A DNA stretch of 62,940 nucleotides, filler included, from Octopus bimaculoides (Eukaryota), in the NCBI RefSeq assembly GCF_001194135.2. It is 6 parts of 6 records of this genome, joined end to end, with 100 filler letters (N's around TTAATTAATTAA, not from the genome) between each part and the next. Parts side by side here need not be neighbours in the genome. Positions count along the whole stretch, not along the records: positions 19,469 to 43,283 come from NC_068992.1; positions 43,384 to 52,091 come from NC_068985.1; positions 52,192 to 56,919 come from NW_026411578.1; 3 more parts are not named here. One strand, given 5' to 3'. Under the pieces are notes generated by a model that was given only the letters and a program-made list of their open reading frames with translations, ran no database searches and had not been told where the DNA came from. This document shows positions 38,402 through 52,339 of the stretch, piece after piece (the first letter of the stretch is position 1; each line of letters starts with the position of its first letter). The translations under genes and the position numbers were made by a program.

Positions 38402-39064
38402 GGAAACTAAAAGAAGCCGTGTGTGTGTGTGTGTGTGTGTGTGCGTTTGTGAATGTATGTGTGTGCATGTGTGTATGTATGCATGTGTTTGTGTATGTGT
38501 GTGAGAGAGAGAGAGAATGTGTATGTGTTTATTGCCACCCACCACAGCTTAACAACCAATATCATCATGTTTATGTCACCATAACTTTGCAGTTTGGCAA
38601 AAGAGACTGATATATTATTAAGTACAAGGGCTCAACAAAATAAAATGGTTTGATTTGTTTAACTAAACGTCTTCAAGATAGTACCCCAGCATGGTTACAG
38701 TCTAATGACTAAAGCAAGATATAAGACAAATATAGTGACAAAAGGATTACTATTTACTGACAGACCGATACTCCATCGGTTAGAACTACACGGGTTCCAG
38801 TTGATCAACAGAACAGCCTGCTCGTGAAATTAACGTGCAAGTGGCTGAGCACTCCACACACACATGTACCCTTAACATAACTGCCAGGGAGATTTAGCAT
38901 GATACAGAGTGTAACAAGGCTGGTCCTTTGAAATACAGGTACTACTCGTTTTTGTCAGCTGAGTGGACTGGAGTAACGTGAAATAAAATGTCTTGCTCAA
39001 GGATACAATGCATCACTGGGAATCGAACTCATGACCTCACAAGTATATATATGTATAAATATAA

Positions 39065-39139
<75 letters not shown>

Positions 39140-39754
39140 CACACTTTATTATTAAAGCTAAAAAACTCTTATCGAACAGTCGTGATCAAAAATATGTAAC
39201 ATTCTTAATCACAACTGTCCAACGAATGGGAACATGAAACTCTGAGTAGCAGCTTTTTGTGATGTCTTTGCAGNNNNNNNNNNNNNNNNNNNNNNNNNNN
39301 NNNNNNNNNNNNNNNNNNNNNNNNNNNNNNNNNNNNNNNNNNNNNNNNNNNNNNNNNNNNNNNNNNNNNNNNNNNNNNNNNNNNNNNNNNNNNNNNNNNN
39401 NNNNNNNNNNNNNNNNNNNNNNNNNNNNNNNNNNNNNNNNNNNNNNNNNNNNNNNNNNNNNNNNNNNNNNNNNNNNNNNNNNNNNNNNNNNNNNNNNNNN
39501 NNNNNNNNNNNNNNNNNNNNNNNNNNNNNNNNNNNNNNNNNNNNNNNNNNNNNNNNNNNNNNNNNNNNNNNNNNNNNNNNNNNNNNNNNNNNNNNNNNNN
39601 NNNNNNNNNNNNNNNNNNNNNNNNNNNNNNNNNNNNNNNNNNNNNNNNNNNNNNNNNNNNNNNNNNNNNNNNNNNNNNNNNNNNNNNNNNNNNNNNNNNN
39701 NNNNNNNNNNNNNNNNNNNNNNNNNNNNNNNNNNNNNNNNNNNNNNNNNNNNNN

Positions 39755-39795
<41 letters not shown>

Positions 39796-40271
39796 ATGTT
39801 TGTCCCCCGAACATCACTTGACAACCGATGCTGGTGTGTTTACGTCCCCATCACTTAGCGGTTCGGCAAGACAGACCGATGGAATAAGTACTAGGCTTAC
39901 AAAGAATAGGTCCTGCAGCCAATTTGCTTGACTAAAGGTGGTGCTCCAGCATGGCTGCAGTCAAATGACTGAAACAAATAAAAGAATAAAAGAATATATT
40001 TATTCCAAAATGTAACTACATGTGGATTGTTGGAGATTTTTTCTCTCCGTCTTCCTTTTCTTTTGGACTTTCCTCTGTCTCTTGTTTCTGAAGAAGAGGC
40101 TTTGCTCGAAACATAAAACACCTTCCCTTTCCTTCCATCCCTGATCAGGTTTTAATACTTTGCTTGTACCACGTCCTTGCATTGTTGTTTTTTTTGTTGT
40201 CTTTTTTCTGGGGTTTTTTTGTTGTCTTTTTTTCTGTTTTCTTGTTGTCTATTTTGTTTTTTTTTACTAAT

Positions 40272-40334
<63 letters not shown>

Positions 40335-42199
40335 TAGACAGACAAATGGATATAAATATATATTTATATACACACAGTCACATATATACACATGCATAAA
40401 CATGCATCTATTTGTATTCACTAACCTAATTGTTACAAATTAAACCACGATTGATAACAGTTGCTATAGTGATTGCATAAGTCGTATTACATATAGACAC
40501 ATAAACACACACATATACACACACAAATACATGCGCACATTTGCATAAATACATATTGTCAGATATTACATTCACGCACTCACACAAACATATGGCTGTG
40601 TGGTTAAATGGCTTGGCTTCCAACTACATGGCTTTGGGTTCAGTCCCACAGCATGATACCTTGGGTATTTCCTTTTTTGTTGTTGTTGTATAACAATATC
40701 TGACATACTCTTTATTAGGAACAAAAGAAAGACTAAATACAAACATTCACTTCTACCTTATTCACCCCTTAATTCCACCATATTTTCTTAGAAAATCCCA
40801 ATTTTACCACATCTACCCCTAAGTACATCCATATTATCACTGAGAAACTCAATCCTACCCCATCCACACCTAAATACCATTATATTGTCACAGAAAAAAT
40901 ATCTCATATTATTATCATTATTATTATTATTAATATTATTATTACTATTATTATTATTATTATTATTATTATTCAATTGGGTGCAATAAAAACAGTTATT
41001 TTATCTGTCTGTGTGACTGTATATGTTAATGTTATTGTGTCTGGGTGAGGTGTGCATGCGTGTGCGCGTGTGTGAGTATGTATGTGTGTGTTTGTGGATG
41101 GGTGTTCTATGCGGTGGTTTGTTTTTACTGCTATTTTTTATTATTATTCTAAGATCAAGCTTCTTACAGCAATCACCACCACTAACACTACCACCACTAC
41201 CACCACCTCTAACATCACCACCACCACCACCACCATCAACCTTGCCACCACTAACATCTCCACCACCACCACCACCACACCGATATCTATCCACCCCTCC
41301 CCCTCCAGCACCTCCGGGTTTTCGTACTGCACTTGTATTCACGTTCTCATTTTACACTGAACTGCTAAAACCTGTTCAATGAATTTATAATGATAATAAA
41401 TTAATAATAATAATAATAATAAGTTTAGTGGCGGTGGTGGTGGCAATCATTTTTCATCTGACACATACAAAATGGCCAAGTGGTTAAGAAGCTTGTTTTG
41501 TAGTCATTCATGCCCCAGGTTCAAATCTAATGCGTGTCCTTCTTTCATGATTGCCTGGTACTCAGGTCAACCATGAATCTTGTAACTGAGTAGCCCGTTA
41601 ATGAGATTGGGTTGGGCTTATATTTAATTAGTGGGGGAGAGGGGTCAGGCTTGTCGCATGTTTTGGTAGCCAGAGGATTGTGCTAAGAAAGTGTGTGTCT
41701 ACAGAATATTCAGCCACATGTATAGTAATTTCATGGGTAAAATATCTCTACCTCTCTATTATACTTTAGCCACACACCTGGCACAAAGCCACTTTCTATG
41801 GTACTGTTCCCTCTCCCAGGAGATCTTTGTCTTGCAAGTTATCAGGTGACCCTGCTGGTGTTGGTGCCACATGAAAAGCATTCATGCCAAAGAACACAAT
41901 AATGCCAGGTGCAGCTCTCCAGCTTCGCAGCTCCTGACAACTCATCCAATGCCAGCATGGAAAATGGACATCAAATGATGATATTGATAATGATGATGAT
42001 GATGAACGTGATGATGGTGATGAAGATAATTGAGTTGATCAAAACCATTAGAAGATAAACCATGACAAAATGAAACATCATACACCAGAGTATAAAAGGA
42101 CATTTAATTGTGCATGTCTGAATGTAAAGGTGTGAGGCTACATACACACACACACACAGAGCAAAAGTCATCAGTCAGCCTTAATGGTGATTAGACAGT

Positions 42200-42705
42200 A
42201 CTCCTCACTCTAATAGACTAATATCATGAAAATAGTAAAATCCATACAAAAGATTGGTAGAGTGAATCCTAAGAATATTCCGAACAAGAACACAAGAGAT
42301 GAAACTTGGTCAATGGAAGATAATTCATTTAAGTTATCTAATCTATTACTCTGAAATTGCATATCTCATTATTGAACCAAAAAGAAATGATCGAAAGAGC
42401 CTACATTGAAAAACATATTGATTCCATTCCCCAGAGAAGCCATACTGAGAATTCGAAAGCTTTGATGTTATATTCCCTTCTACAAAGAAGATAAACGATA
42501 TACAATTAGGCATATCTACAAATTTTTGGAGGGACTGGCACCACACTATATGAATTACTAAGCAGGGCACCATTCGTTGTATAATTAACATGCCAATTTT
42601 TCCCTTTTAAATGAGAATGAGGTATTGGGAAAAGGAAGGTTTCAAAACATTATACATGGAGTGGATATTAATACTTTCAAAATGGATTTGGACATGCTAT
42701 TGTCC
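42200..42705 (+). pseudogene. Highly degenerate CR1/L2-type LINE ORF2 C-terminus
   Basis: With stops and shifts: EMIERAYIEKHI...KALMLYSL.QRR...IYKFLEGLAP...FKMDLDMLL, resembling LYSLERRR...YKILEGL...FKxxLD. Confidence 0.45.
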
Positions 42706-42820
42706 ATCAATAGGGTACAAAACTAAAAATAGATGACATCATGATGCCCCAGCATGGCCACAACCAAAGTCTAAAACCAGTAGACTACATATATATACAC
42801 ACACACATATATATATAGAT

Positions 42821-43128
42821 ATCATCATCATCATCATCATCATCGTTTAACGTCCGCTTTCCATGCTAGCATGGGTTGGACGATTTGACTGAGGACTGGT
42901 GAGCCAGAAGGCTGCACCAGGCTCCAATCTGATTTGGCAGAGTTTCTACAGCTGGATGCCCTTCCTAACGCCAACCACTCCGAGAGTGTAGTGGGTGCTT
43001 TTACGTGCCACCGGAACGAAGGCCAGTCAAGCGGTACTGGCAACCACCACGCTCAAAATGGTGTATTTTACGTGCCGCCTGCACAGGAACCAGTCCAGCG
43101 GCACTGGCAACGATCTCGCTCGAATGTC
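42821..43128 (-). mobile_element. Family C (RTE-tail) repeat, little diverged
   Basis: (CAT)n CGTTTAACGTCCGCTTTCCATGCTAGCATGGG...; CpGs retained. Confidence 0.78.
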
Positions 43129-43383
43129 TATATATATATATATATATATATATAATGTGTGTGAATTTATATACACATATATATATAAATATATGCACAA
43201 ACATATATACACATATATAAAAGTGCATGTGTGCATGTGTGCTTTGTATATATAATATATATATATATAAATATATATATATANNNNNNNNNNNNNNNNN
43301 NNNNNNNNNNNNNNNNNNNNNNNNNNNTTAATTAATTAANNNNNNNNNNNNNNNNNNNNNNNNNNNNNNNNNNNNNNNNNNNN

Positions 43384-43423
<40 letters not shown>

Positions 43424-43506
43424 ATGTTTGTGTGTGTCTTTGTGCGTGTATGTTTGTGTGTGTCAGAATTGGGTCATGATGTGGGTCATAAGATGTAGTA
43501 GTGCCT

Positions 43507-44050
43507 ACTTACGTTCGCTGAACTTTTATTTTCACTTTATCAGAAATGTCGCTGCTAAGTGAGAGAGAACGAACTTATCACTTGCCAGTAGATGTCTGCT
43601 TTTAAACCGTTATATTATTACAAACAAGTTTTAGTTATGTAATTATGTGCTCAATCTTCAAAAAATATAAGCAAAATTTGCCTTCTTATAAAATGTCACT
43701 ATTGATTTCAGTCTATGATCGAATTATCAAAACTTTAATATCTTTGATAATGTATTTTGACAATCAGAGCTCATTTTATGTGTAGTTGAAGGAGAGAGAA
43801 AAAGTGGTGGAGGGCAGAGAGTCAAGAAAGAAACAGAGGTGAGAGAGGGAAAGAGAAGGAGGAAGAGAAAAGAGAGAGAGAGAAAGAGGTAGAAAGAGAC
43901 GTTACACAAAAAATTTCTACCGAACAGGTGACAATAAGATGGGTGCCTGGCGTTACGTTAAATAAGTTTGAAAAATTAAACCGAAGCACGACAAAGGAAC
44001 GAACGGAAAACTTACACTCGAGACACGGATATGCTTTTTCCTCACGAGTT
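43507..44050 (-). other. Candidate non-coding 5' exon / start region of the SOBP gene
   Basis: Consensus donor AAC|GTAAGT on minus at 43512-43507, downstream of a non-repetitive CpG-retaining segment with a CT-rich tract. The link to SOBP is inference and crosses an unsized gap. Confidence 0.3.
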
Positions 44051-44280
44051 ATCATAGCTATATGTATGTATCTATGTATTAATATTTTTCTATGTATGAT
44101 CTATGTATGTCGCTATGTATATATGTATATCACTATATAACTGAGTCCACCAGACAATCGGATGTTATTATGCACTGCTGGTCACAATGCACTTCCTCGC
44201 ATTGTTGCAGCTTTCGAATGATGACACCTTCCTCGCTAGGTGGGAAAGTCAACATTCCCCCTAAACAGCTGTGTGGACTG

Positions 44281-44314
<34 letters not shown>

Positions 44315-45403
44315 NNNNNNNNNNNNNNNNNNNNNNNNNNNNNNNNNNNNNNNNNNNNNNNNNNNNNNNNNNNNNNNNNNNNNNNNNNNNNNNNNNNNNN
44401 NNNNNNNNNNNNNNNNNNNNNNNNNNNNNNNNNNNNNNNNNNNNNNNNNNNNNNNNNNNNNNNNNNNNNNNNNNNNNNNNNNNNNNNNNNNNNNNNNNNN
44501 NNNNNNNNNNNNNNNNNNNNNNNNNNNNNNNNNNNNNNNNNNNNNNNNNNNNNNNNNNNNNNNNNNNNNNNNNNNNNNNNNNNNNNNNNNNNNNNNNNNN
44601 NNNNNNNNNNNNNNNNNNNNNNNNNNNNNNNNNNNNNNNNNNNNNNNNNNNNNNNNNNNNNNNNNNNNNNNNNNNNNNNNNNNNNNNNNNNNNNNNNNNN
44701 NNNNNNNNNNNNNNNNNNNNNNNNNNNNNNNNNNNNNNNNNNNNNNNNNNNNNNNNNNNNNNNNNNNNNNNNNNNNNNNNNNNNNNNNNNNNNNNNNNNN
44801 NNNNNNNNNNNNNNNNNNNNNNNNNNNNNNNNNNNNNNNNNNNNNNNNNNNNNNNNNNNNNNNNNNNNNNNNNNNNNNNNNNNNNNNNNNNNNNNNNNNN
44901 NNNNNNNNNNNNNNNNNNNNNNNNNNNNNNNNNNNNNNNNNNNNNNNNNNNNNNNNNNNNNNNNNNNNNNNNNNNNNNNNNNNNNNNNNNNNNNNNNNNN
45001 NNNNNNNNNNNNNNNNNNNNNNNNNNNNNNNNNNNNNNNNNNNNNNNNNNNNNNNNNNNNNNNNNNNNNNNNNNNNNNNNNNNNNNNNNNNNNNNNNNNN
45101 NNNNNNNNNNNNNNNNNNNNNNNNNNNNNNNNNNNNNNNNNNNNNNNNNNNNNNNNNNNNNNNNNNNNNNNNNNNNNNNNNNNNNNNNNNNNNNNNNNNN
45201 NNNNNNNNNNNNNNNNNNNNNNNNNNNNNNNNNNNNNNNNNNNNNNNNNNNNNNNNNNNNNNNNNNNNNNNNNATCATTATATTTGATAATAAACAAATT
45301 ACAGGCATCCATGAATGCAAAGGGAGAAAATCCTTCAAAATAATATAGTAAGGAGCTTTTCTTATGAGTACTACCGGATTACTTGAATCCGTATATTGTG
45401 ACG

Positions 45404-45488
<85 letters not shown>

Positions 45489-45914
45489 GTATTTATGTGT
45501 GCATGTGTGTATATATGTATGTATGCATATATGTATGCATATGTGTGTGTGCGTGTGTGTTACTAGATGAAGGTGTGGTTTTGGTTTCCGTCCCACTGCG
45601 TGGTACCTTGGGCAAGTGTCTTTTACTATAGCCTCGAGCCGACCAAACTTGAGAATGTATTTGCTAGACGGAAACTGAAAGAAACCCGTCGTACATGTAC
45701 ATATACATGTGTATGTCTGTGTGTTTATGTGTGCGTGAGTTCATGATTGTTTTCACCACGGCTTAGCAACCAGTGTTCGTTTGTTTACGTCCCGTAACTT
45801 AGTGTCTCGGCAAAGTATACAGATATCACAGACCCCAGCATTAATAAAAAATAAAAATAAAAGTCAGTTCAAGGCCACATGCAATGACTCAAATAAGTAT
45901 GAAGAAAAAGATAT

Positions 45915-45994
<80 letters not shown>

Positions 45995-47318
45995 ACACAT
46001 ACACACACATACACACACACATACACACACAAATACATATATACGTATGTGCTTTTGTATATGGATAGCTTCATGCTACCCGTGGTTATTTTTTTTTTTC
46101 ATGTCAGTTTTTATAGCCAACCACTTCCGACTTATTTTCTCCAGTTTAAGATGTCTAACTGAAGTTCTATCTGTGCCCAAGGGGCGTTTCTTCCAACAAT
46201 TTCACCCGCAAATTAACTTTAACTCTAAACTATTTTCTTAGATAAAGTTACCTTCTTATACACACTTACTTTTTTTTAGAATTTAGTCACTTTTGTTTTT
46301 ATTTCTTCACTTTCCTTTCTTCCACATATTTATTTATATACTCATTCAAGTATTCTGTGTTTTTTCCCTACTGTTTTTTCTTTCTTTTTTCTTTTTCGTT
46401 TTGCTAGTGGTTCTCTTAAAAAAAAAAAGAGCATTTGAAAACAAGCCCGAATTAGCAGAAAGATATAAGAAAGGATATAAGGAAAAGCCGAATACTAGCA
46501 ATGCTCTCACGCCTACATGTTTCACAGTATAACGCAGTCATTCAGAAATGACATGCTGTATTCTTTTTTTATTATCTAATATATTTATTACTTCTTTTTT
46601 TTCCTTTGGGAGGTGATGAAGGGTAGTTGAGGAAGGGTAGCTGCAGTTTAAAAGTGTTTACATTGGGGTTATTAGAGTTATGTTAAGTTGACTAAGATCG
46701 GTCCGGTTTCGGGTAGATTTAGAGGGGAGAGTGTATTATTTGAAACAGAATCTTATTACGACAAGCATATTAGATGATGTTTTTGTTGTTTTGTTTTTTG
46801 GGTTGTTTTTTTTTTAATTTCGGTTCTGTTTCCCGACTTCATCTCAACATTAAAATTATGGTAGAATGTTGAAATTAGAGCGAAGAATCTTTTCAATAAG
46901 GCTCAAATTTCACTCGTCATTATTGCTAAGGTTAGTCTGAAGAATTTTCCAGAGACAAATGATAACATAAACTTAGCAACGGAACATAAACAACTATCAA
47001 CACCGCCACCGCCACCACCGCCGCCGCCGCCGCTGCTGCTGCTGCTACTGCTGCTGCCCCTTCAGCAATAACAAAAGAAAATGCATGTTTCAGCATCATA
47101 CTGGAATTTAGTTTGGTTCCCATGACACATATGTGTTTGATGTATAAGATTCCGGTTCGATTCTGGGTAACTCCCATACACAGTTAGTGCAAAAAATGTC
47201 TAGTAACTAATAACTCTTATTTTTGTTTTTTCATAAACAGGTTATCTACGTACCCTGAGGGTTAGGGTTTACATAGGGTAACTTTAGAAGAATAATTAAA
47301 AATTTATCTAAACATATA

Positions 47319-48345
47319 TACAAAGTGCATTCCATAAGTTTTGAGACCAAGAGAGACATTTATTAATTTCAAAGAAGTACAAATACTCCAATCTCCAATA
47401 TAGAATCCTCTGACTTCAATGCGCTTGCGGTTGTAGCGCTCCGGTCACTTTGTGAAGGTTCCATAGAATTCTTCCAAATTAAAGGTATCCACGACCCTTG
47501 TCACAGCCTCCTTCATCTTCTCCTTCAGCTTGAAGAACAACCAGGGGTTACGGAGTCCAAGGTCTCGACTGTAGTCAGGATGAGGGGCATTTTTGATGCC
47601 CATCTCTATCAAGTAGTTGGTTATCAGGATGGAATTGTGGCGCATTGTCCTGATGCTGGTGCTCTGACCTTTTGCGACGAAATCTCTTTCTGAACTCCCT
47701 CAGATTCTCCACAAAGAACTCATAGTTGACCGTCTGGCCAGAGGAAAGCTAGAGAATGTAGATGATGCTCTTGCTGTCGAAAAACGAGATCATCATGAGC
47801 TTCCAGGTGAACTGGCTTTGTCTGGCCTTCTTGTTGTTGGCACTCCGTCGCTTACGACGTTGAGGGTTCCAGTTGATCCGATCAACGGAACAGCCTGGTC
47901 GTGAAATTAACGTGCAAGTGGCTGAGCACTCCACAGACACGTGTACCCTTAACGTAGTTCTCGGGGATATTCAGCGTGACACAGTGTGACAAGGCTGACC
48001 CTTTGAATTACAGGCACAACAGAAACAGGAAGTAAGAGTGAAAGAAAGTTGTGATGAAAGAGTACAGTAGGGTTCGCCACCATCCCCTGCCGGAGCCTTG
48101 TGGAGCTTTAGGTGTTTTCGCTCAATAAACACTCACAACGCCCGGTCTGGGAATCGAAACCGCGATCCTATGACCGCGAGTCCGCTGCCCTAATCACAGG
48201 GTCATTGCGCCTCCACTCTGGCCTTCTTATGTCACCGAAAAACAGTTATTTGATTCATACAGGTTAATCCATAAGCAGTGTAGAGCATTTCATCTGTTTC
48301 CATAGCGTTTTTGCACAACTTAACACAAATTTAAAAACCGTTGGA
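47319..48345 (-). pseudogene. Internally deleted mariner element interrupted by a SINE
   Basis: Minus strand: KFCVKLCKNAMETDEMLYTAYG (about 48265-48340); after the SINE, KKARQSQFTWKLMMISFFDSKSII...GQTVNYEFF...HQDNAP...PHPDYSRDL. TA-flanked terminus TA|CAAAGTGCATTCCATAAG at 47319. Confidence 0.82.
47833..48216 (-). mobile_element. Full-length family D SINE with 12-bp target-site duplication
   Basis: TCTGGCCTTCTT at 47821-47832 and 48217-48228; tRNA-like head (GGAGGCGCAATGACC...GGTTTCGATTCCC) and (AAC)n tail. Confidence 0.88.
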
Positions 48346-49045
48346 AAACAGTTTATAGCAGAGACTCCATCTAAGAATATCTGAAGAAGGAATTGTATTC
48401 CGAAATATCATCGGACTATAGATAACTAAATTACAACAGGCATATAGTCCACTTTTTTGTATTATAGTGCATTGTTGTACCATTCAAAACTTTTTATTCT
48501 TTACAAACAATACACGATGCTTCAAGCGAACTACAATACTCTCTTAACACAAATTGTCTTCACATCCCGACTGCATTCTGCAGATTAGTCAGCTGTGACA
48601 AGCAATTTTTAGCAAAGCATATTCTCATTTAATCTGGAACAGCAAAAGTTGGCAGAGCACCTTATCAGATAATATACAAATATACAATAATCTAGGACAA
48701 TATTACAAAACCCTAGTACAGTTATAACTGCATAATTACAATAATCCAGGACGGTTATAACTGCCTCTCCTAAAAAAGTTTCAAAACTTCTGGAACGTGT
48801 CTCGTATACAAACGTATTTTATTTTGCTGTAAAATAATATTTTTATAGTCTTAGAAGAATTTACAGCCTATATTCGTATGCAGAATTAATGAATTTACAT
48901 TATGCTATGTATGTTTCGTCATATCTCTCGTACAATTTTTTTTTTGCCAATGTTATAGCACTGGATCATTCAATTCGGACATCTACAATCCGGAAACTGA
49001 ATGACGCAGAACTCATTTGAAACCGTGAGCTCTCTCTCTCCCTCC

Positions 49046-49113
<68 letters not shown>

Positions 49114-50376
49114 CACACACACACATCTACACATACTCGCACCTATCTATCACAAATTAGTCACCCCACCCGTCGCTAGGAAACAAAAGTATTAAAAATG
49201 GAAGACAACCTGGATATATGAGATATACTATCTGTTGTTGTAGCAAGCTCCAAACATAACAATCCCACTAAACTACATGTAGAATCACATCCGAGTAACA
49301 TTCAGCTTACTCTACATATGTAGTTCCCCCTTATCAAAAACGAATTCGACAGTCACGTAAACTACGTATTTATTGATATTTAATTATAACAAAAAAATGT
49401 ATGAAATTTATTCGTGTTGCTCAAGTATAGAAGCAGCTACACAAAGCTACTGTACAAAAGATCAGGTGATGCATTTTTAATCATTCAAATACGCAAATAA
49501 CTTCTTTTATTCTTTTTTTTTTTTAATAATTATTTCTTTAGCTCGATTATAATTATGTGTCAACTTCAAGACAGAATCACAAGCAAGATTGGAAACACAA
49601 AAATAACTTAAATAATGTACATATTTTGCGGTACATGCATATCTTTTATCTTTCACTTGCTTAAGTCATTAGACTGTGGCCATGCTGGAGCCTCGCCTTG
49701 AAGAATTTTTAGTTTAATGAATCAATTCCAGTGCTTCTTTTTCTAAGGCTGGCACTTTCGCCGAACCAATAAGTTACGGGGACAAAGACACACACAGACA
49801 CACACATACACACACATCGGCCATTTTTCTTTCTTTCTCTTCGTTGTAGCTGGAACAAGGAAGACGTATTCTTGTTTATCTCGTGTCCAAGCTTGATTTA
49901 CGCGTTCGCCACCACAAACTCGTTTAGGCTTAGCAGCCCTTCCTGTTTGTTTTCACTGTCCTGTTTGTGCTACCAATTTTGACCCTCGGCAAAATCCCAA
50001 ATTTTATTTAATTTGCTTTGCGGGAGTAACTGTTTTATCGAAAGCGTATATTGTTGTTAAATGCTCGAAATACGAGACTAGAAAAACAGCCAACAACTGA
50101 TGAAGGGTCGTTTTTTATGCTGTTTGTGCTTCGTATCTTATGAACTTGTGCTTCGTATCTTATATTGTACACGTTTCGTGACGNNNNNNNNNNNNNNNNN
50201 NNNNNNNNNNNNNNNNNNNNNNNNNNNNNNNNNNNNNNNNNNNNNNNNNNNNNNNNNNNNNNNNNNNNNNNNNNNNNNNNNNNNNNNNNNNNNNNNNNNN
50301 NNNNNNNNNNNNNNTATATATATATATATACGTATAAAGGTAAGTATGTGCATATACGTATGTATATATGCATATA

Positions 50377-50409
<33 letters not shown>

Positions 50410-52339
50410 TATTATTATTATTACTATTATTATTATCATTATTATATATGACGGGCTTCATTCAGTTTCTGTCTGCCAAATCCACTCACAAGGCTTTGGT
50501 CTGCCCAAGGTGCTACGCAGTGTGACTGAACCCGGACCTATGTGGTTGGGAAGCAAGCTTCTTACTACTTACCTACCCCTGCTCCTTTTATGTTTAGAAT
50601 TTAACATTTATTCTATTGTCCTTGATCTTTAATCATCAACCACCAAAAGGTGGTTGATGATTAACGATTTATAGTTTGCTAATTATCAAATGTTGCATTC
50701 GTCGGCAAATGCCTGATAGATTTACAAGCGCATATTTTCAGCAGATTCATTTTCTACGTCTACAAAACACCATCATATCAATGTTCCGCTGTCATCATCA
50801 GTCACATTCCCCAGCTTTGTCGTAAACAACAAAGGCTCGATTAACAGCGAACCGCTGGCCCACGCATGTAACTTATTATTGCAAATTAATATTTGCTAAA
50901 CTATTCATCATTTGTAGCATAGTCACGTGGTTATGATGAGACACCAAACACTAAGTCAGTAGTATTTCCAGCATTGGTCAGCACACGCAACAGAAGGTTG
51001 AATAACGTAATGAAGACAAGAATTCACAGAGGCTGAGAACCGTAGAAGTCAGATTTCATAGGTTTGTAGCTAAATCCATTGTAACCTACCTGGCTGGAAT
51101 CTGACTCAGAAAGGGCAGAAAAATGGGGCACCATCAGCTGTAGAGGGAAGCAGAAACGGTTTTATCATTGGTTTTTTGTAGCTATGTGTGTGGGGGAGTC
51201 GCAGAAGAAGTGGCCAAGCCTGAAAGTAAAGAGAAGCTTGAGAGAGTACTAAGCAAAAATAATTGCTGCATGGCTGAAGAGCGTATAACTGCACCCAGCT
51301 TCGCGTGGTGGATGTATGGATAAGGATGAGTGAGAACGTGTGCTTAAGTGCAGGCCTAAACAACCCAGACATTCCTTGGAAGCAGCAACGCTACTTGACA
51401 CCGCTGGAAGGAGTGATACTTTCGGCAGGCTGCAGAAGTCACAATGATCTTTCTTTAAGTTAACAGTTAATACAGTTTCAAAATGGCCACGTTTGTAAGT
51501 CACGACAGCACCCCTACCAAACACGTTTCCTATCCAAAATGGTTTAAACCCAATATTTACACGCTGTTATTTCTACGCTTTCTACTTCAAGTTCAACCGT
51601 TAAGACCAAATTATTTCACCTTCTCTCGCAGTTCCTAAATTCTTATGACGTCAGCAACAAATAAAGATGATAAAGTTTCTAAAATGGATAAAGAATTTCA
51701 AAGGACTGCTTTTGTCCAATGATAGAACATCTGTCATGTTCCCAGAAGTTCTATCGCAGACTTCGACTTCCAGACACCCTTCGACTTTTTACTATCCAAA
51801 GGTTACAGAATAATATTTATACAGATTTATAGATGAATAATTTTTATATAGATTTAGTTGCTTCAAGATTCACCGTTTCTCAAATAGATAGAATCATTCG
51901 AAGGATTAATATGGTGCAATGATAGATGCCTGTCATGTATACTATCCAAGTTTTTTTTTTTTAATCCAATATTTTACACGTTATTATTGCTTTTCTACAA
52001 TGCCGGACAAAATACTTACCTACATTTCTTCTGGCTTTGCATTTCATCCTTTCGGGGTTCATAAAATAAGTACCAGTTGAATACTGGTGTTNNNNNNNNN
52101 NNNNNNNNNNNNNNNNNNNNNNNNNNNNNNNNNNNTTAATTAATTAANNNNNNNNNNNNNNNNNNNNNNNNNNNNNNNNNNNNNNNNNNNNGATTTCATT
52201 TTTAAGCAGATACGTCTAAGGCTGTGTTTCAATAAAACAGAATTGTCAATATGTGAAAAAAAAAAAGAATAATTTAAATTCAAATTACGATAAACGTAAA
52301 CAAAGTTTGCTTTTAGAACCGTTCAGATGTCTTAGAAAG

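Noticed and set aside
46932-47177. Poly-Ala ORF over (GCC)n(GCT)n
   Set aside because: Triplet microsatellite with no recognisable domain or convincing splice context.
47255-47285. GGGTTAGGG telomere-like motif
   Set aside because: Only one to two units; chance.
48120-48216. tRNA gene candidates (SINE heads here and at 38020, 40590, 53240)
   Set aside because: tRNA-derived SINE heads that run into SINE bodies; no complete cloverleaf was found.
50065-50183. CTGATGA in a two-copy repeat (also about 62665-62825) as a hammerhead
   Set aside because: No helix II plus GAAA downstream on the same strand; kept only as an unclassified dispersed repeat.
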